From NCBI GenBank assembly GCA_002269645.1, contig NIVC01001180.1:62001-126000 (forward strand): a stretch of 64,000 bases of DNA. The letters run 5' to 3'. Source of the DNA: Macrostomum lignano (taxonomy: Eukaryota). The position numbers and the translations under genes are program-made. The notes below the pieces were generated by a model. That model was not told the origin of the DNA, did no database searches, and was given only the letters and a program-made list of their open reading frames with translations. Positions 51,407 to 63,965 of the stretch are shown here, piece after piece (the first letter of the stretch is position 1; every line of letters starts with the position of its first letter).

Positions 51407-54400
51407 TCACTTGGCGGCAGTGGCAGCGGTGGCATGTCGTTGCGACCGAACTGTTGTCGAGCGAAGCTCCTGGCCGCGGCACACGGTGCACTTGAATAAT
51501 CCCGACGTATCGTAGTTCCTCTCCTCGCTGCAGGTGCCCAGATGCAGCCAGCCGTTGCAGAAGTCGCACTGGGCCCACTGGATCACCGTATAGGGCGGTA
51601 TGCTGGCCACTGGCTGGCCGGTCAAGCGGCTGACCATCAGGCAGGTGGGCGGGGCCAGGCAGCCGCACACGGAGCAGCAGGAGGAGAAACAGTCGGCGGC
51701 GGCGGCGGCGCTGCTATCGTCGGCCGGCAGAATTGCCGACAGTCTGGCCGACTTCTCAACGGGGCTGCCAGATTCGGAGCCGTCGTCTTGGCTGACTGAC
51801 GATGACGAAGTGGCTGGCGACTCGGACGAGCCGGCCTCGGAGGCGTTCTTTGTCTGAGATTGGTTTCGCAGGTTTGGGAGCACAGATACGATATAATATA
51901 ACTAGATGGGCAACTTGGCAAATTTGCGTGTAAGCTACTGCCAGTTCAGTAGTAAGTTCAAATAAAAGCATTTTAATGTATTTTACGACGAAACGTTTAA
52001 TAGCCCCTCATTTGACTGCCGACCTTGACCTTTAACCTTAAAATACCCTGAGGGGAATCTTCCAGAAAGCTGTAAACTGGGAGGGAATCTTCCAGAAAGC
52101 TGTAAACTAAAGGGAATCTTCCAGAAAGCTCTACTCGTAAACTGGGGGGATCTTCCAGACAGCTGTGAACTGGGGAATCTTCCAGACAGCTGTGAACTGG
52201 GGGATCTTCCAGACAGCTGTTAACTGGGGGATCTTCCAGACAGCTGTGAACTGGGGGATCTTCCAGACAGCTGTTAACTGGGGGATCTTCCAGACAGCTG
52301 TGAACTGGGGAATCTTCCAGACAGCTGTAAACTGGGGGATCTTCCAGAAAGATGTAAACTGGGGGATCTTCCAGAAAGATGTAAACTGGGGGATCTTCCA
52401 GAAAGATGTAAACTGGGGGATCTTCCAGAAAGCTGTACTCTGGGGGAATCTTCCAGAAAGCCAAACTGAGGATTCTCCGAGCTTTCCCAAAATCCGAAGA
52501 AACCTACAAACCTTGCAAACCGCGCACTCACCCGCTTTCGCGAAGTCTTAACCTCCACGCGGACGCCGTTGTCAAACTCCAACAGCTGGCGTTTCAACTC
52601 GTCGATCAGCAGGTCGGCCTCGGTAGTAGGAGAGCCGCCCCCGTCTGCGTCGCCACCACCGCCGCCGAGGCCGCCGTCGCAGTGGGGAGCTCCGACAGTC
52701 CTAGGTATACAGACGGTGGCGGCGGTGGTGGTGGCTTCGGCAGCCGCCATCGCCAAGGCCAGCGGGTCAACCATGCTTGCCGTTGGCTGCCGCTGCTGCT
52801 CGGAGGCCGACGCGTAAGAACCCGATCCCGATGAGGACGAAGGAATCGACGGTTCTGGCGCGGCGGCGGCGACGGCAGATGCTGACGGCAACTCCGGCGA
52901 GGCGTCGGACGAAGCGGCACCCGGCTGTTCCTCCGGCACGGCGGCGGCGGCAGCGGCGGCGGTTAGCAACGACGTGTGCTCAGCCAGGGCGACCACCTCG
53001 TCCCATTCGTCTTCGAATACTTCGTTTGGCGGTTCAACTTTGAATCGAGGCATCCGCTTTGGCGCTGCGCCGCCGCCGCTAGAAGTTCGCGGCTGCTTAG
53101 GAGATTCCTGTGACGAAGCCGGTTGCTGCTGTTGCTGTTGCTTCTGCGATGGCGGCGGCGGAGTCGGGTACACCTGGGGCAGCTCGGGCAGAATCAGGGA
53201 CACGAGATCGTCTAGGCCGGTGGTTCGCCAAACCTCCTTTAGATTGGCGGCCGCGACCGCTTTGGTGTAGGCGGAGCAGACGAACGGGCAGATGGTCAGG
53301 TTGCTGACTTTGTCGGCGGGCGCGCGACACATCTGCAGGTTCATCGACTTGGAGAAATGGTACTGCGGGGGGATGGCAGCAGGTGGATTTTGTTACTAGC
53401 CAGGCAAATTTAGTTTGATTTATAATAATAATTTAATAATTTCACCCGGACCCCGCGGAAAACTAAGTTGATACAGACAAGACAAAGACTCACAATTGAA
53501 GACATGAAGATATCCAGTTCAAACACTCACTGGCAGAATTGAATATATTAAACAAAGACAAAGACTCGCTTACACACCAGACACTGAGCACTAACAAAGA
53601 CTCGCTAAAATCAGACACTGAGCACTAACAAAGACTCACCCTGAACTTATTCAGCGCCGAGAAGCTGGCGCAGATGCCCAGATCGCCTGCATGAGGCGGC
53701 AGGGGGAACAGGATGATGCCTTTATGCCTAGCCTCCTCCAGCACGCTGATGGTGACGTACAGCAGGTGGGCATCGTAGAACAGCAGCACGGGATTGTCCG
53801 GACTGCAGCCGGAGTGCTCAGTAAAGTGCCGCAATAGCCAGCTCATAAAGATCTCCGGGCTAAGGTAGCCGGTTTCGGAGTAAGTGAACTTGGTGCCCTT
53901 AGTCGCGCCCAGCACCATCTCTTTGTACACCTGGGTGCCGCGGTACAGCAGAAATGGTGGCACCGAGTTGCCAACGGCGTTGCCTGCGCCAACCAGGGTG
54001 ACGTGTGGAAACTCGCTCTGGTAGGGCATCTGCAGCCGCTGGGTCTGGCAGTTCATCAGCCGGGGCGGGTGGGTGGCGCAGCTGATGGAGGCCTCGTCCA
54101 TTAGCCAGAAACGGGACAGGCTGAAGCCGGAGCTGAGCTTGTGCTTCAGCAGGACCTTGGTCAGGGCGCTGCGGGCGGGTTGGAGAGCGGCTTTGCTGTA
54201 GAGATCTAAGAGAATCTCAGATTGAGAGAATCTCAGTAGAGATCTAGGAGAATCTCAGTAGAGATCTAGGAGAATCTCAGTAGAGCTCTAGGAGAATCTC
54301 AGTAGAGATCTAAGAGAATCCCAGTAGAGCTCTAGGAGAATCTCAGTAGAGCTCTAGGACAATCTCAGTAGAGCTCTAGGAGAATCTCAGTAGAGCTCTA

Positions 54401-56449
54401 GGACAATCTCAGTAAAGCTCTAGGAGAATCTCAGTAGAGATCTAGGACAATCTCAGAACTCTAGGACAATCTCAGTAGAGATCTAAGAGAATCTCAGTAG
54501 AGATCTAGGACAATCTCTGTAGAGATCTAGCAGAATCTCATTAGAGATATAGGAGAATTTCAATATAGATTGGAGAATCTCATTAGAGATCTAAGAGAAT
54601 CTCAGTAAAGATTGAGAGAATCTCAGTAGAGATCGAGAGAATCTCAGTAAAGATTGAGAGAATCTCAGTAGAGATTGAGAGAATCTCAGTAGATATTGAG
54701 AGAATCTCATTAGAGATTGAGAGAATCTCAGTAGAGATTGTGAGAATCTCAGTAGACATTGAGAGAATCTCAGTAGAGATTGAGAGAATCTCAGACCTCA
54801 AATAATCTCAACAGGTGCTCAATAGACACTCACCGCAGGTAGGCAATCCTATTGGAGTCGGTGACCTCCTCCTCAATAACATAGCGCCTGTGATGACTGC
54901 TCATGGACACGCACTCTTTAATCTTCGGCCACCGGTGCGTGAACGAGTAGAGCCAGGAGGCGCTGGGCAGGTTGCACCGCTTGCTGCTCGGCGGCACCCC
55001 AACAGATGAGGGCGCCTTCCAGCCCGCAGAGGACTGCTCGGACATCCAAGTCTGCATCTCCATGGCCGAGGCCAGCGACACGAAGTCGTTGCTAGCCGAG
55101 TGCATCAGCAGCGGGTCGCCCTCCTTCGCTTGGTCGTCGATTACATCGTCATCAAGATTAGAGTCGCCGGACTCGCCGATGCTGAGACGAGCGGCGCGCG
55201 ATGTGATGCGCAGCAGATGATTGGCCGTCTCGGTGATGTGCTTGCGCAGCACAGTGTACCCGATGCGGTGCAGGAACAGCACGTGATCCACGATTCGCTG
55301 CTCCTCGCCGGCTGTGAAGAAAGTCTGCGGCCCAGGTCGGGTGCAGTTGATGTTCACCCGGCCGTGCAGCCGGTCGCGAAGGGTGCTCTCGGGCACCTGG
55401 CAGCGCGGGAGCGGTGGGAGTGCGCGAGAGTGAGAGTGAGATTAGGGTGAGATTCTAATGAGATTCTGTAGTGACAAAACGACATCTCCATACCCCAACC
55501 GCATAAGACCCTATAGATAAGAATAAGGTGAATAGGGTGAGGTTCCACGGATGAGATTTAGGTGAATAGGGTGAGATTATATGGGTGAGATTAAGGTGAA
55601 TAGGGTAAGACTCTATGAGTGATATTATCATTAAAAATGCGAGTGTTAGAATAGGCTGAAACTCGGAAGAATAGGATTCTAAAGAAAGCAGATCTACGGA
55701 TGAGATTAGGGTGAGATTCAGGGCCGAAGTCTCACCTTAAACTTAGTAGACGCAATCCGCAGCGAGACGCCCTGATTCACAACCGCATTATAAGCCTTGA
55801 GCATGTTCTCCTGCGACCACTGTCGGCGCATCCGGCCGTTGCCGCCGATTGGTCGGCCGCGCGGCATGCCAATAAAAATGTCGGCGCTACCGCCGCCGAC
55901 GGCGCCGCCGACGCAGGGCTTCGAGTACAAGTGGGTGTACAGGCGCCCACCGACCAGCACCCGATGGCTGTCTTCGTCCTGGTCTTCAACAGAGCCGGCA
56001 AGATAGCCGCCGCCACCACCGCCGCCGCCCACAACATCGTTTGGAAAGTTGTTGACGCTGTTGACGACGCTACAGGGGCCGCGGCTGCCGCGGCCGCCAC
56101 CGCCGCGACCTCCGCTTTCATCGTCGGACTCGCTGAGACAAATCTTGATAGGCATCAGCTTGTAGGTCTGGATAGCGCCGCCGCTGCTGTTCTCGCAGGG
56201 GCTGAACACCGAGGCCATGCTAACAGAGGCCGGCTTGGCCGCCGGCTGGGACGACGGCGCATCCTTGGTGGGATCCTCGGCCAGCTCAGAGTCGGACAGG
56301 AAGACAATTTTTTGCTGCTGATGCGCTTTGGCAGATTCGGACGAATCTAAAGTCTGTCGAATAGATTCGGTCATTGTAGTAGCCGATGATGAAGACGGAT
56401 TGGGAGGCTGACCTAGCAGAGACTGGTAGGCATCCACTGATCCTTGCAT
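51407..56449 (-). CDS. Intron-containing pogo/Tc5 (CENP-B/DDE_1)-type transposase-derived gene with psq-type HTH, CENP-B-type HTH, DDE-like domain and C-terminal PHD finger; exons 56449-55736, 55396-54834, 54195-53640, 53362-52532, 51853-51407 (~1036 aa; true 5' end uncertain)
   Basis: 'RRQWSQENMLKAYNAV...SLRIASTKFK|VPESTLRDRLHG' (psq HTH); 'GPQTFFTAGEEQRIVDHV...GY...PSASWLYSFTHRWP' (CENP-B HTH); 'FWLMDEAS...HVTLVGAGNAVGNSVPPFLLYRG...SETGYLSPEIFMSWL.RHF...PVLLFYDAH...GIILFPLPPH' (DDE_1); 'CSVC...WAQCDFCNGWLHLGTC...FKCTVC' (PHD). All four introns are GT-AG and phase-consistent; spliced length is 3111 nt. Confidence 0.87.
52045..52460. repeat. ~26-27-bp intronic minisatellite (ACTGGGGGATCTTCCAGA[C/A]AGCTGT[G/A]A)
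   Basis: Period 27 at 52331/52358. Confidence 0.94.
54198..54795. repeat. 21-22-bp intronic minisatellite (AGTAGAGATCTAGGAGAATCTC / AGTAGAGATTGAGAGAATCTC)
   Basis: Fills intron 54196-54833 of the pogo-derived gene and abuts the acceptor. Confidence 0.95.
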
Positions 56450-56629
56450 CGTCTGTGCAAGTACGCGACTGTCGGCTCTGAGACAGCTCAGAACGGTTTA
56501 ATTAAATCACTAGTTGTCAGGGCGAGGAATTCCAGCCCTCAAAAAGCAGGGCAAAAAATTAAAGCTGAAATATCAACAAGTTTTTTTAGTTATAATTAAT
56601 GAAATATAAACATAGATTACTACATACTG

Positions 56630-57835
56630 TAGCTACAAGTACTTAGAACTGGGAGATGAAGGCAGCTATGACCCTACTTAGAGCTGGAGGATGAAGGGAG
56701 CAATGACCCTACTTAGAGCTGGAGATGAAGGCAGCAATGACCCTACTTAGATCTGGGAGATGAAGGGAGCAATGACCCTACTTAGAGCTGGGAGATGAAG
56801 GGAGCAATGACTCTACTTAGAGCTGGTGGATGAAGGGAGCAATGACCCTACTTAGAGCTGGGAGATGAAGGGAGCAATGACCCTACTTAGAGCTGGGAGA
56901 TGAAGGGAGCAATGACCCTACTTAGAGCTGGAGATGAAGGCAGCAATGACCCTACTTAGATCTGGGAGATGAAGGGAGCAATGACCCTACTTAGAGCTGG
57001 AGATGAAGGCAGCAATGACCCTACTTAGATCTGGGAGATGAAGGGAGCAATGACCCTACTTAGATCTGGGAGATGAAGGGAGCAATGACTCTACTTAGAG
57101 CTGGTGGATGAAGGGAGCAATGACCCTACTTAGATCTGGGAGATGAAGGGAGCAATGAACCTACTTAGAGCTGGAGATGAAGGCAGCAATGACCCTACTT
57201 AGAGCTGGGAGATGAAGGGAGCAATGACCCTACTTAGATCTGGGAGATGAAGGGAGCAATGACCCTACTTAGAGCTGGGAGATGAAGGGAGCAATGACTC
57301 TACTTAGAGCTGGAGATGAAGGGAGCAATGACCCTACTTAGAGCTGGGTGATGAAGGGAGCAATGACCCTACTTAGAGCTGGGAGATGAAGGGAGCAATG
57401 ACCCTACTTAGAGCTGGGAGATGAAGGGAGCAATGACTCTACTTAGAGCTGGGAGATGAAGGGAGCAATGACTCTACTTAGAGCTGGAGATGAAGGGAGC
57501 AATGAACCTACTTAGAGCTGGAGATGAAGGCAGCAATGACCCTACTTAGAGCTGGGAGATGAAGGGAGCAATGACCCTACTTAGATCTGGGAGATGAAGG
57601 GAGCAATGACCCTACTTAGAGCTGGGAGATGAAGGGAGCAATGACCCTACTTAGAGCTGGGAGATGAAGGGAGCAATGACCCTACTTAGAGCTGGGTGAT
57701 GAAGGGAGCAATGACCCTACTTAGAGCTGGGTGATGAAGGGAGCAATGACTCTACTTAGAGCTGGGAGATGAAGGGAGCAATGACCCTACTTAGAACTGG
57801 GAGATGAAGGGAGCAATGAACCTACTTAGAGCTGA
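56630..57835. repeat. ~35-bp minisatellite (GATGAAGGGAGCAATGACCCTACTTAGAGCTGGGA)
   Basis: GAGCAATG at 57601 and 57636. Confidence 0.97.
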
Positions 57836-58839
57836 AATCTTAAAAACAGACAAATCATAAAAGTACTTGTTAATAGTAAAGTGCGGTTGCAATAGCAACA
57901 TTATATAGATATGCACGTGTCTTATCAATATAATATTTCAATATATTCATAGCCGCACATGACTTTCTCAGACGGCGAGAACAGAGAAAAAGAACACAGA
58001 TAAAAAACGGTGACATATACGCTATAACAGTAGTCTGTAGCGCGCTTATATAAGATAATTTATTTGAAGCAAATCAAAGAAAGGAATTATGTAAGAAAGT
58101 AATTAAAAACAGTGCGGTTTTGAAGAGAAACTGCAATACGCACAAGCGTAGAGCATTTTTTTAAATATTCAATAAAAAGTTTAGCAGGGCCTTGTTGATA
58201 ATCACTGCCCGGTCGCTGGAAATGCAAATAACTCAAGACCCTCACAGCACTGTGCATTATATTAGCTATTTCATAGATTAATAAAAGATAAATTAAACAA
58301 ACAATTATTGATATTTAAAAATAACAGACAGAATAAGGACGGAAAATTCATAATCGAATTTCGCGCCCCGTGACTACTAAATCAGTAGTAGTGTAGACTT
58401 TATTATGGAATGCATGCGGACGGAATGTTGAAACGAGTAAAATTGTTTTCACAAACTTTTGTGACGGCGATGTTTTCTTGTACAATAAAAATAACTCACT
58501 AACATATCCACTACGATAATAATCCTCAGTGTGTGTATAAATATGATTGTTGGCAACACGCGCGTACAAAGAGGAAATTCAGCCTTGATATTTCTATAAT
58601 AAAGTTGCTTGTAGTTGTTTAATTATGAAGTAAAAAGTACACGATTAAAGTATCGATTTATACTCGTAATCGGGCAAGTTGAAAAAACCGTGATTTGCTA
58701 TTAATATTTGTTTAAAACAGCTGAGAGTAAATTGTTTGCACTTTGATATTTATAACACAGTTAAGATTTTGAAACGATGAATCTACTTATCTACATAATA
58801 ATAATAACAACTTCAGAAGGGCTGTGGACACTCTGGCGA

Positions 58840-58913
58840 TATCTATCTATCTATCTGTCTATCTATCTGTCTATCTATCTATCTGTCTATCTATCTATCT
58901 GTCTATCTATCTG

Positions 58914-58960
<47 letters not shown>

Positions 58961-59017
58961 GTCTATCTATCTGTCTATCTATCTATCTGTCTATCTATCT
59001 ATCTGTCTATCTATCTG

Positions 59018-59086
<69 letters not shown>

Positions 59087-59208
59087 GTATCTATCTATCT
59101 ATCTATCTGTCTATCTATCTATCTGTCTATCCATCCATCTATCCATCTATCTATCTATCTATCCATCTATCTATCTGTCTATCTATCTATCTATCCATAT
59201 ATCTATCG

Positions 59209-59260
<52 letters not shown>

Positions 59261-59265
59261 GTCTG

Positions 59266-59336
<71 letters not shown>

Positions 59337-59355
59337 GTCTATCTATCTATCCATC
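58840..59355. repeat. (CTAT)n/(CTGT) microsatellite
   Basis: Visible directly. Confidence 0.98.
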
Positions 59356-59473
59356 TTTCAAACAAGACTGATATGTCATGAACTATTTAGCAACCTGATC
59401 TATTTAAATAACAATCAGCCCAAAAATAATCTGGATAAAAAACTTACAACTAAAATATCGCTCTTATGACAGT

Positions 59474-62400
59474 TCAATGCCGCACAATAGAAGTCTTAGG
59501 CCGAAGCATAGGATCCGGGAAGGACTTCTTCTTTTGCTGTTGCTGCTGCTGCCTCTTGCCAGTATCGTGTACAACCCGTTGATCATTCATGAGCAGGATG
59601 TCGTGCTCAAACAATACCTCGCGATTATTAATAACTGATCGTTCAGTGGAGCTGTGATGCTGCTGTTGGCCGTGCTGGTTTAGCAGCTCTGGCTCGCCTA
59701 GCAACACGGTATGATAATCGTCAGCTGACGCGCCCCGATCGCACCTGGGCAGGGTGCCATTAAATATTAACAATTCGTCAACCAATACGCTAAAATCTCG
59801 GACACCCCTAGACGGAGTTTTCGCATAGTTCCATAGGCGGATTTTGCTGACGCAGACTGGACGGTTAAACACCAAATAGAGACGATTGTCTGTGCCGGGC
59901 AGAATCGGGGCGAGCCAGCTGTGGCCGCCGGCTGGGCAGTCTAGTACACCGTCCACCTGCGCGGGGAGGGTGAACAGGTGCGAACTCGTAGTTAAAGTAA
60001 CGTACAAGCAGACTTTAATGGAGCTTTTACTCTTGTAACCAAAAGTAAGCATTAGTACTGAAGTACCTAGCAACAGTCCCTGAAGGACCTAGCAACACAT
60101 TCCCTGAAGTACCTAGCAACAGTCCCTAAAGTACCTAGCAACACAGTTCCTAAAGTACCTAGCAACAGTCCCTGAAGGACCTAGCAACACAGTCCCTGAA
60201 GTACCCAGCAACACAGTCCCTAAAGTACCTAGCAACACAGTCCCTGAAGTACCCAGCAACACAGTCCCTAAAGTACCTAGCAACACAGTCCCTGAAGTAC
60301 CCAGCAACACAGTCCCTAAAGTACCTAGCAACACAGTCCCTGAAGTACCTAGCAACACAGTCCCTAAAGTACCTAGCAACACAGTCCCTAAAGTACCTAG
60401 CAACACAGTCCCTAAAGTACCTAGCAACACAGTCCCTAAAGTACCTAGCAACACAGTCCCTAAAGTACCTAGCAACAGTCCCTGAAGTACCTAGCAACAC
60501 AGTCCCTGAAGTACCTAGCAACACAGTCCCTAAAGTACCTAGCAACACAGTCCCTAAAGTACCTAGCAACACAGTCCCTAAAGTACCTAGCAACAGTCCC
60601 TGAAGGACCTAGCAACACAGTCCCTGAAGTACCTAGCAACACAGTCCCTGAAGTACCTAGCAACACAGTCCCTGAAGTACCCAGCAACACAGTCCCTAAA
60701 GTACCTAGCAACACAGTCCCTAAAGTACCTAGCAACAGTCCCTGAAGGACCTAGCAACACAGTCCCTGAAGTACCTAGCAACACAGTCCCTGAAGTACCT
60801 AGCAACACAGTCCCTGAAGTACCCAGCAACACAGTCCCTAAAGTACCTAGCAACACAGTCCCTGAAGGACCCAGCAACAGTCCCTGAAGTACCCAGCAAC
60901 ACAGTCCCTGAAGTACCTATTAACACAGTCCCTAAAGTACCTAGCAACACAGTCCCTGAAGTACCCAGCAACACAGTCCCTAAAGTACCTAGCAACACAG
61001 TCCCTAAAGTACCTAGCAACACAGTCCCTAAAGTACCTAGCAACACAGTCCCTGAAGTACCTAGCAACACAGTCCCTAAAGTACCTAGCAACACAGTCCC
61101 TAAAGTACCTAGCAACACAGTCCCTAAAGTACCTAGCAACACAGTCCCTAAAGTACCTAGCAACAGTCCCTGAAGTACCTAGCAACACAGTCCCTGAAGT
61201 ACCTAGCAACACAGTCCCTAAAGTACCTAGCAACACAGTCCCTGAAGGACCCAGCAACAGTCCCTGAAGTACCCAGCAACACAGTCCCTGAAGTACCTAT
61301 TAACACAGTCCCTAAAGTACCTAGCAACACAGTCCCTGAAGTACCCAGCAACACAGTCCCTAAAGTACCTAGCAACACAGTCCCTAAAGTACCTAGCAAC
61401 ACAGTCCCTAAAGTACCTAGCAACACAGTCCCTGAAGTACCTAGCAACACAGTCCCTAAAGTACCTAGCAACACAGTCCCTAAAGTACCTAGCAACACAG
61501 TCCCTAAAGTACCTAGCAACACAGTCCCTAAAGTACCTAGCAACAGTCCCTGAAGTACCTAGCAACACAGTCCCTGAAGTACCTAGCAACACAGTCCCTA
61601 AAGTACCTAGCAACACAGTCCCTAAAGTACCTAGCAACACAGTCCCTAAAGTACCTAGCAACAGTCCCTGAAGGACCTAGCAACACAGTCCCTGAAGTAC
61701 CCAGCAACACAGTCCCTAAAGTACCTAGCAACACAGTCCCTGAAGTACCCAGCAACACAGTCCCTAAAGTACCTTGCAACACAGTCCCTGAAGTACCCAG
61801 CAACACAGTCCCTAAAGTACCTAGCAACACAGTCCCTGAAGGACCCAGCAACAGTCCCTGAAGTACCCAGCAACACAGTCCCTGAAGTACCCAGCAACAC
61901 AGTCCCTGAAGTACCTATCAACACAGTCCCTGAAGTACCTAGCAACACAGTCCCTGAAGTACCTAGCAACACAGTCCCTGAAGGAACTAGCAACACAGAA
62001 CAAAAAAACACAATTCTCAAGGTACGCACAGGACACAGTCCCCTGTAGGTGTAGAAATCAATCTTGGACGCCCGAACGGTATTAAATGAATTGAAGCCAG
62101 AAAATACGCACCAAATACTACTTACCAGCTTATCGGGCGTTCTAACATCATTTTCCACGCCATCTAAGCAGTTGATACTCTCGGGATGCGCAGCCACAAA
62201 GCCTCCGCGGCCGGCGCCGCAGCTAATAGCCTCGCCGCTTAACTGGATTGGACGGCCAATCTCATCGAATAGTTGCAGTTCGGTCAGGCCGATATAGTAC
62301 AGATCGCCGTGCGTATTTAATAGATTCAATTGGTAGACGAAACCGCAAGGCAGGCTGCCGGCTTGTTGATAATCGTCGTTGCCAACAGTCACAGGAGTTG

Positions 62401-63614
62401 CCGTTGCCGAAGGCTGGCGGATCAGATCGGCCAGGGCGATTTCTTGCACAAAATTATAATAATCATGGCCTGGCGCCTTGCGAATTAATAGGCCGAGCTC
62501 CGGCGACAGGTAGCGGCCGTCTAATTGAATGTGCATTACCTGAATTGTGAATTGGCGAATTGATATGATGGTTGAACTGAGTATGGGGGAGAGACTGGGA
62601 GATGGGGAATCGGGTATGGGAATTTGGAATTTGGTATGGGAGATGGGGAATTTGGTATGGAAGATGGGGAATCAGGTATGGGAGATGGGGAATGGGGTAT
62701 GGGAATTGGGTATGGGAATTTGGAATTTGGTATGGGAGAGGGGGAATTGGGTATGGGAGATGAGGAATTTGGTATGGAAGATGGGGAATTGGGTATGGGA
62801 GATGAGGAATTTGGTATGGAAGATGGGGAATTGGGTATGGGAGATGGGGAATTGGGTATGGGAGATGGGGAATTGGGTATGGGAGATGGGGAATTGGGTA
62901 TGGGAGATGGGGAATTTGGTATGGAAGATGGGGAATCAGGTATGGGAGATAGGGAAGGGGTATGGGAGGTGGGGAATGGGGTATGGGAGATGGGAATTGT
63001 GTATGGGAGATGGGGAATCGGGATGGGATGCATCGTTAGCAATACATAAATAGGCTTACCTTAACGCCTCTGTAAGAATCCTCGGGAGATTTATTATAAT
63101 TCCACAGACGCAGAGTGAGCAGCTGAGCAGGCCTATCCAGGGTCACAGTGATGGTGTGATCGTCACCTTTAGTGAATGGCACCAGCCACATGTTAACATC
63201 ATCGGTAGTACTATTGACCCCATTAACCAGTTTGTCCAGAGTTCGCTCGTCGGCCTCGCAGCCGGGCACAACTCGCATATCGCGCGGCTCGGCACTCAGC
63301 TGATCTGGGCGAATTGGAACCGACTGACCAGTGGAGTCAACCAGCTCCAGGCCAGTCAGGCCGATGTAGTGAGGATCGGACCAGGTGTCCACGAGGTTCA
63401 GCGTCAGCTGCTGGCCTTGGACGGCGTACATTTTCGGCGCGGCAGCGGCCGCCGCCGAGGTCACGGGACGGTCGGGCGCCGCTGCTGAGGACTTGGACGA
63501 GCCGGGCACGGGCACAATGTCCAGTTCGGCTAGACGCTTCTGGCGCTGCTCGTCGGAGTCCCGAGTTCTCGGCCGATGCGTCATTGGCGCGGTGTCCGGC
63601 TCGGTCTCCAGGTC
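59474..63614 (-). CDS. KATNIP: Katanin-interacting protein (KIAA0556, DUF4457 repeats), 3' part; exons 63614-63060, 62539-62126, 59956-59474 (upstream exons beyond the window)
   Basis: Repeated DUF4457-type segments: 'GQQLTLNLVDTWSDPHYIGLTGLELVD...RTLDKLVNGVNSTTDDVNMWLVPF...LRLWNYNKSPEDSYRGVK'; 'LPCGFVYQLNLLNTHGDLYYIGLTELQLFD...DVRTPDKL|VDGV...HSWLAPILPG..NRLYLVF...KIRLWNYAKTPSRGVRDFSVLVDELLIFNG'; C-terminal 'RPKT'. GT-AG junctions, all phase 0. Confidence 0.92.
60060..61995. repeat. 24-bp (occasional 22-bp) intronic minisatellite (AGTACCTAGCAACACAGTCCCT[A/G]A) with higher-order duplication
   Basis: TCCCTA at 60361 and 60385. Confidence 0.98.
62575..63030. repeat. 21-bp G-rich intronic minisatellite (GGGTATGGGAGATGGGGAATT)
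   Basis: Fills KATNIP intron 62540-63059. Confidence 0.95.
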
Positions 63615-63644
63615 CTGAGGGGGCGGGCGGGGTACTCGTATTAC

Positions 63645-63691
63645 AATAGTAGTGGTAGTACGAGCTAGTAGTAGTAGTAGTAGAGTAGTAG

Positions 63692-63762
<71 letters not shown>

Positions 63763-63797
63763 AGTAGTAGAGTAGTAGTAGTAGTAGTAGAGTAGTA

Positions 63798-63896
<99 letters not shown>

Positions 63897-63965
63897 AGTA
63901 GTAGAGTAGTAGTAGTAGTAGTAGAGTAGTAGAGTAGTAGTAGTAGTATCAATAGTAGTAGTATA
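63645..63965. repeat. (AGT)n microsatellite, intronic to KATNIP
   Basis: Visible directly. Confidence 0.98.
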
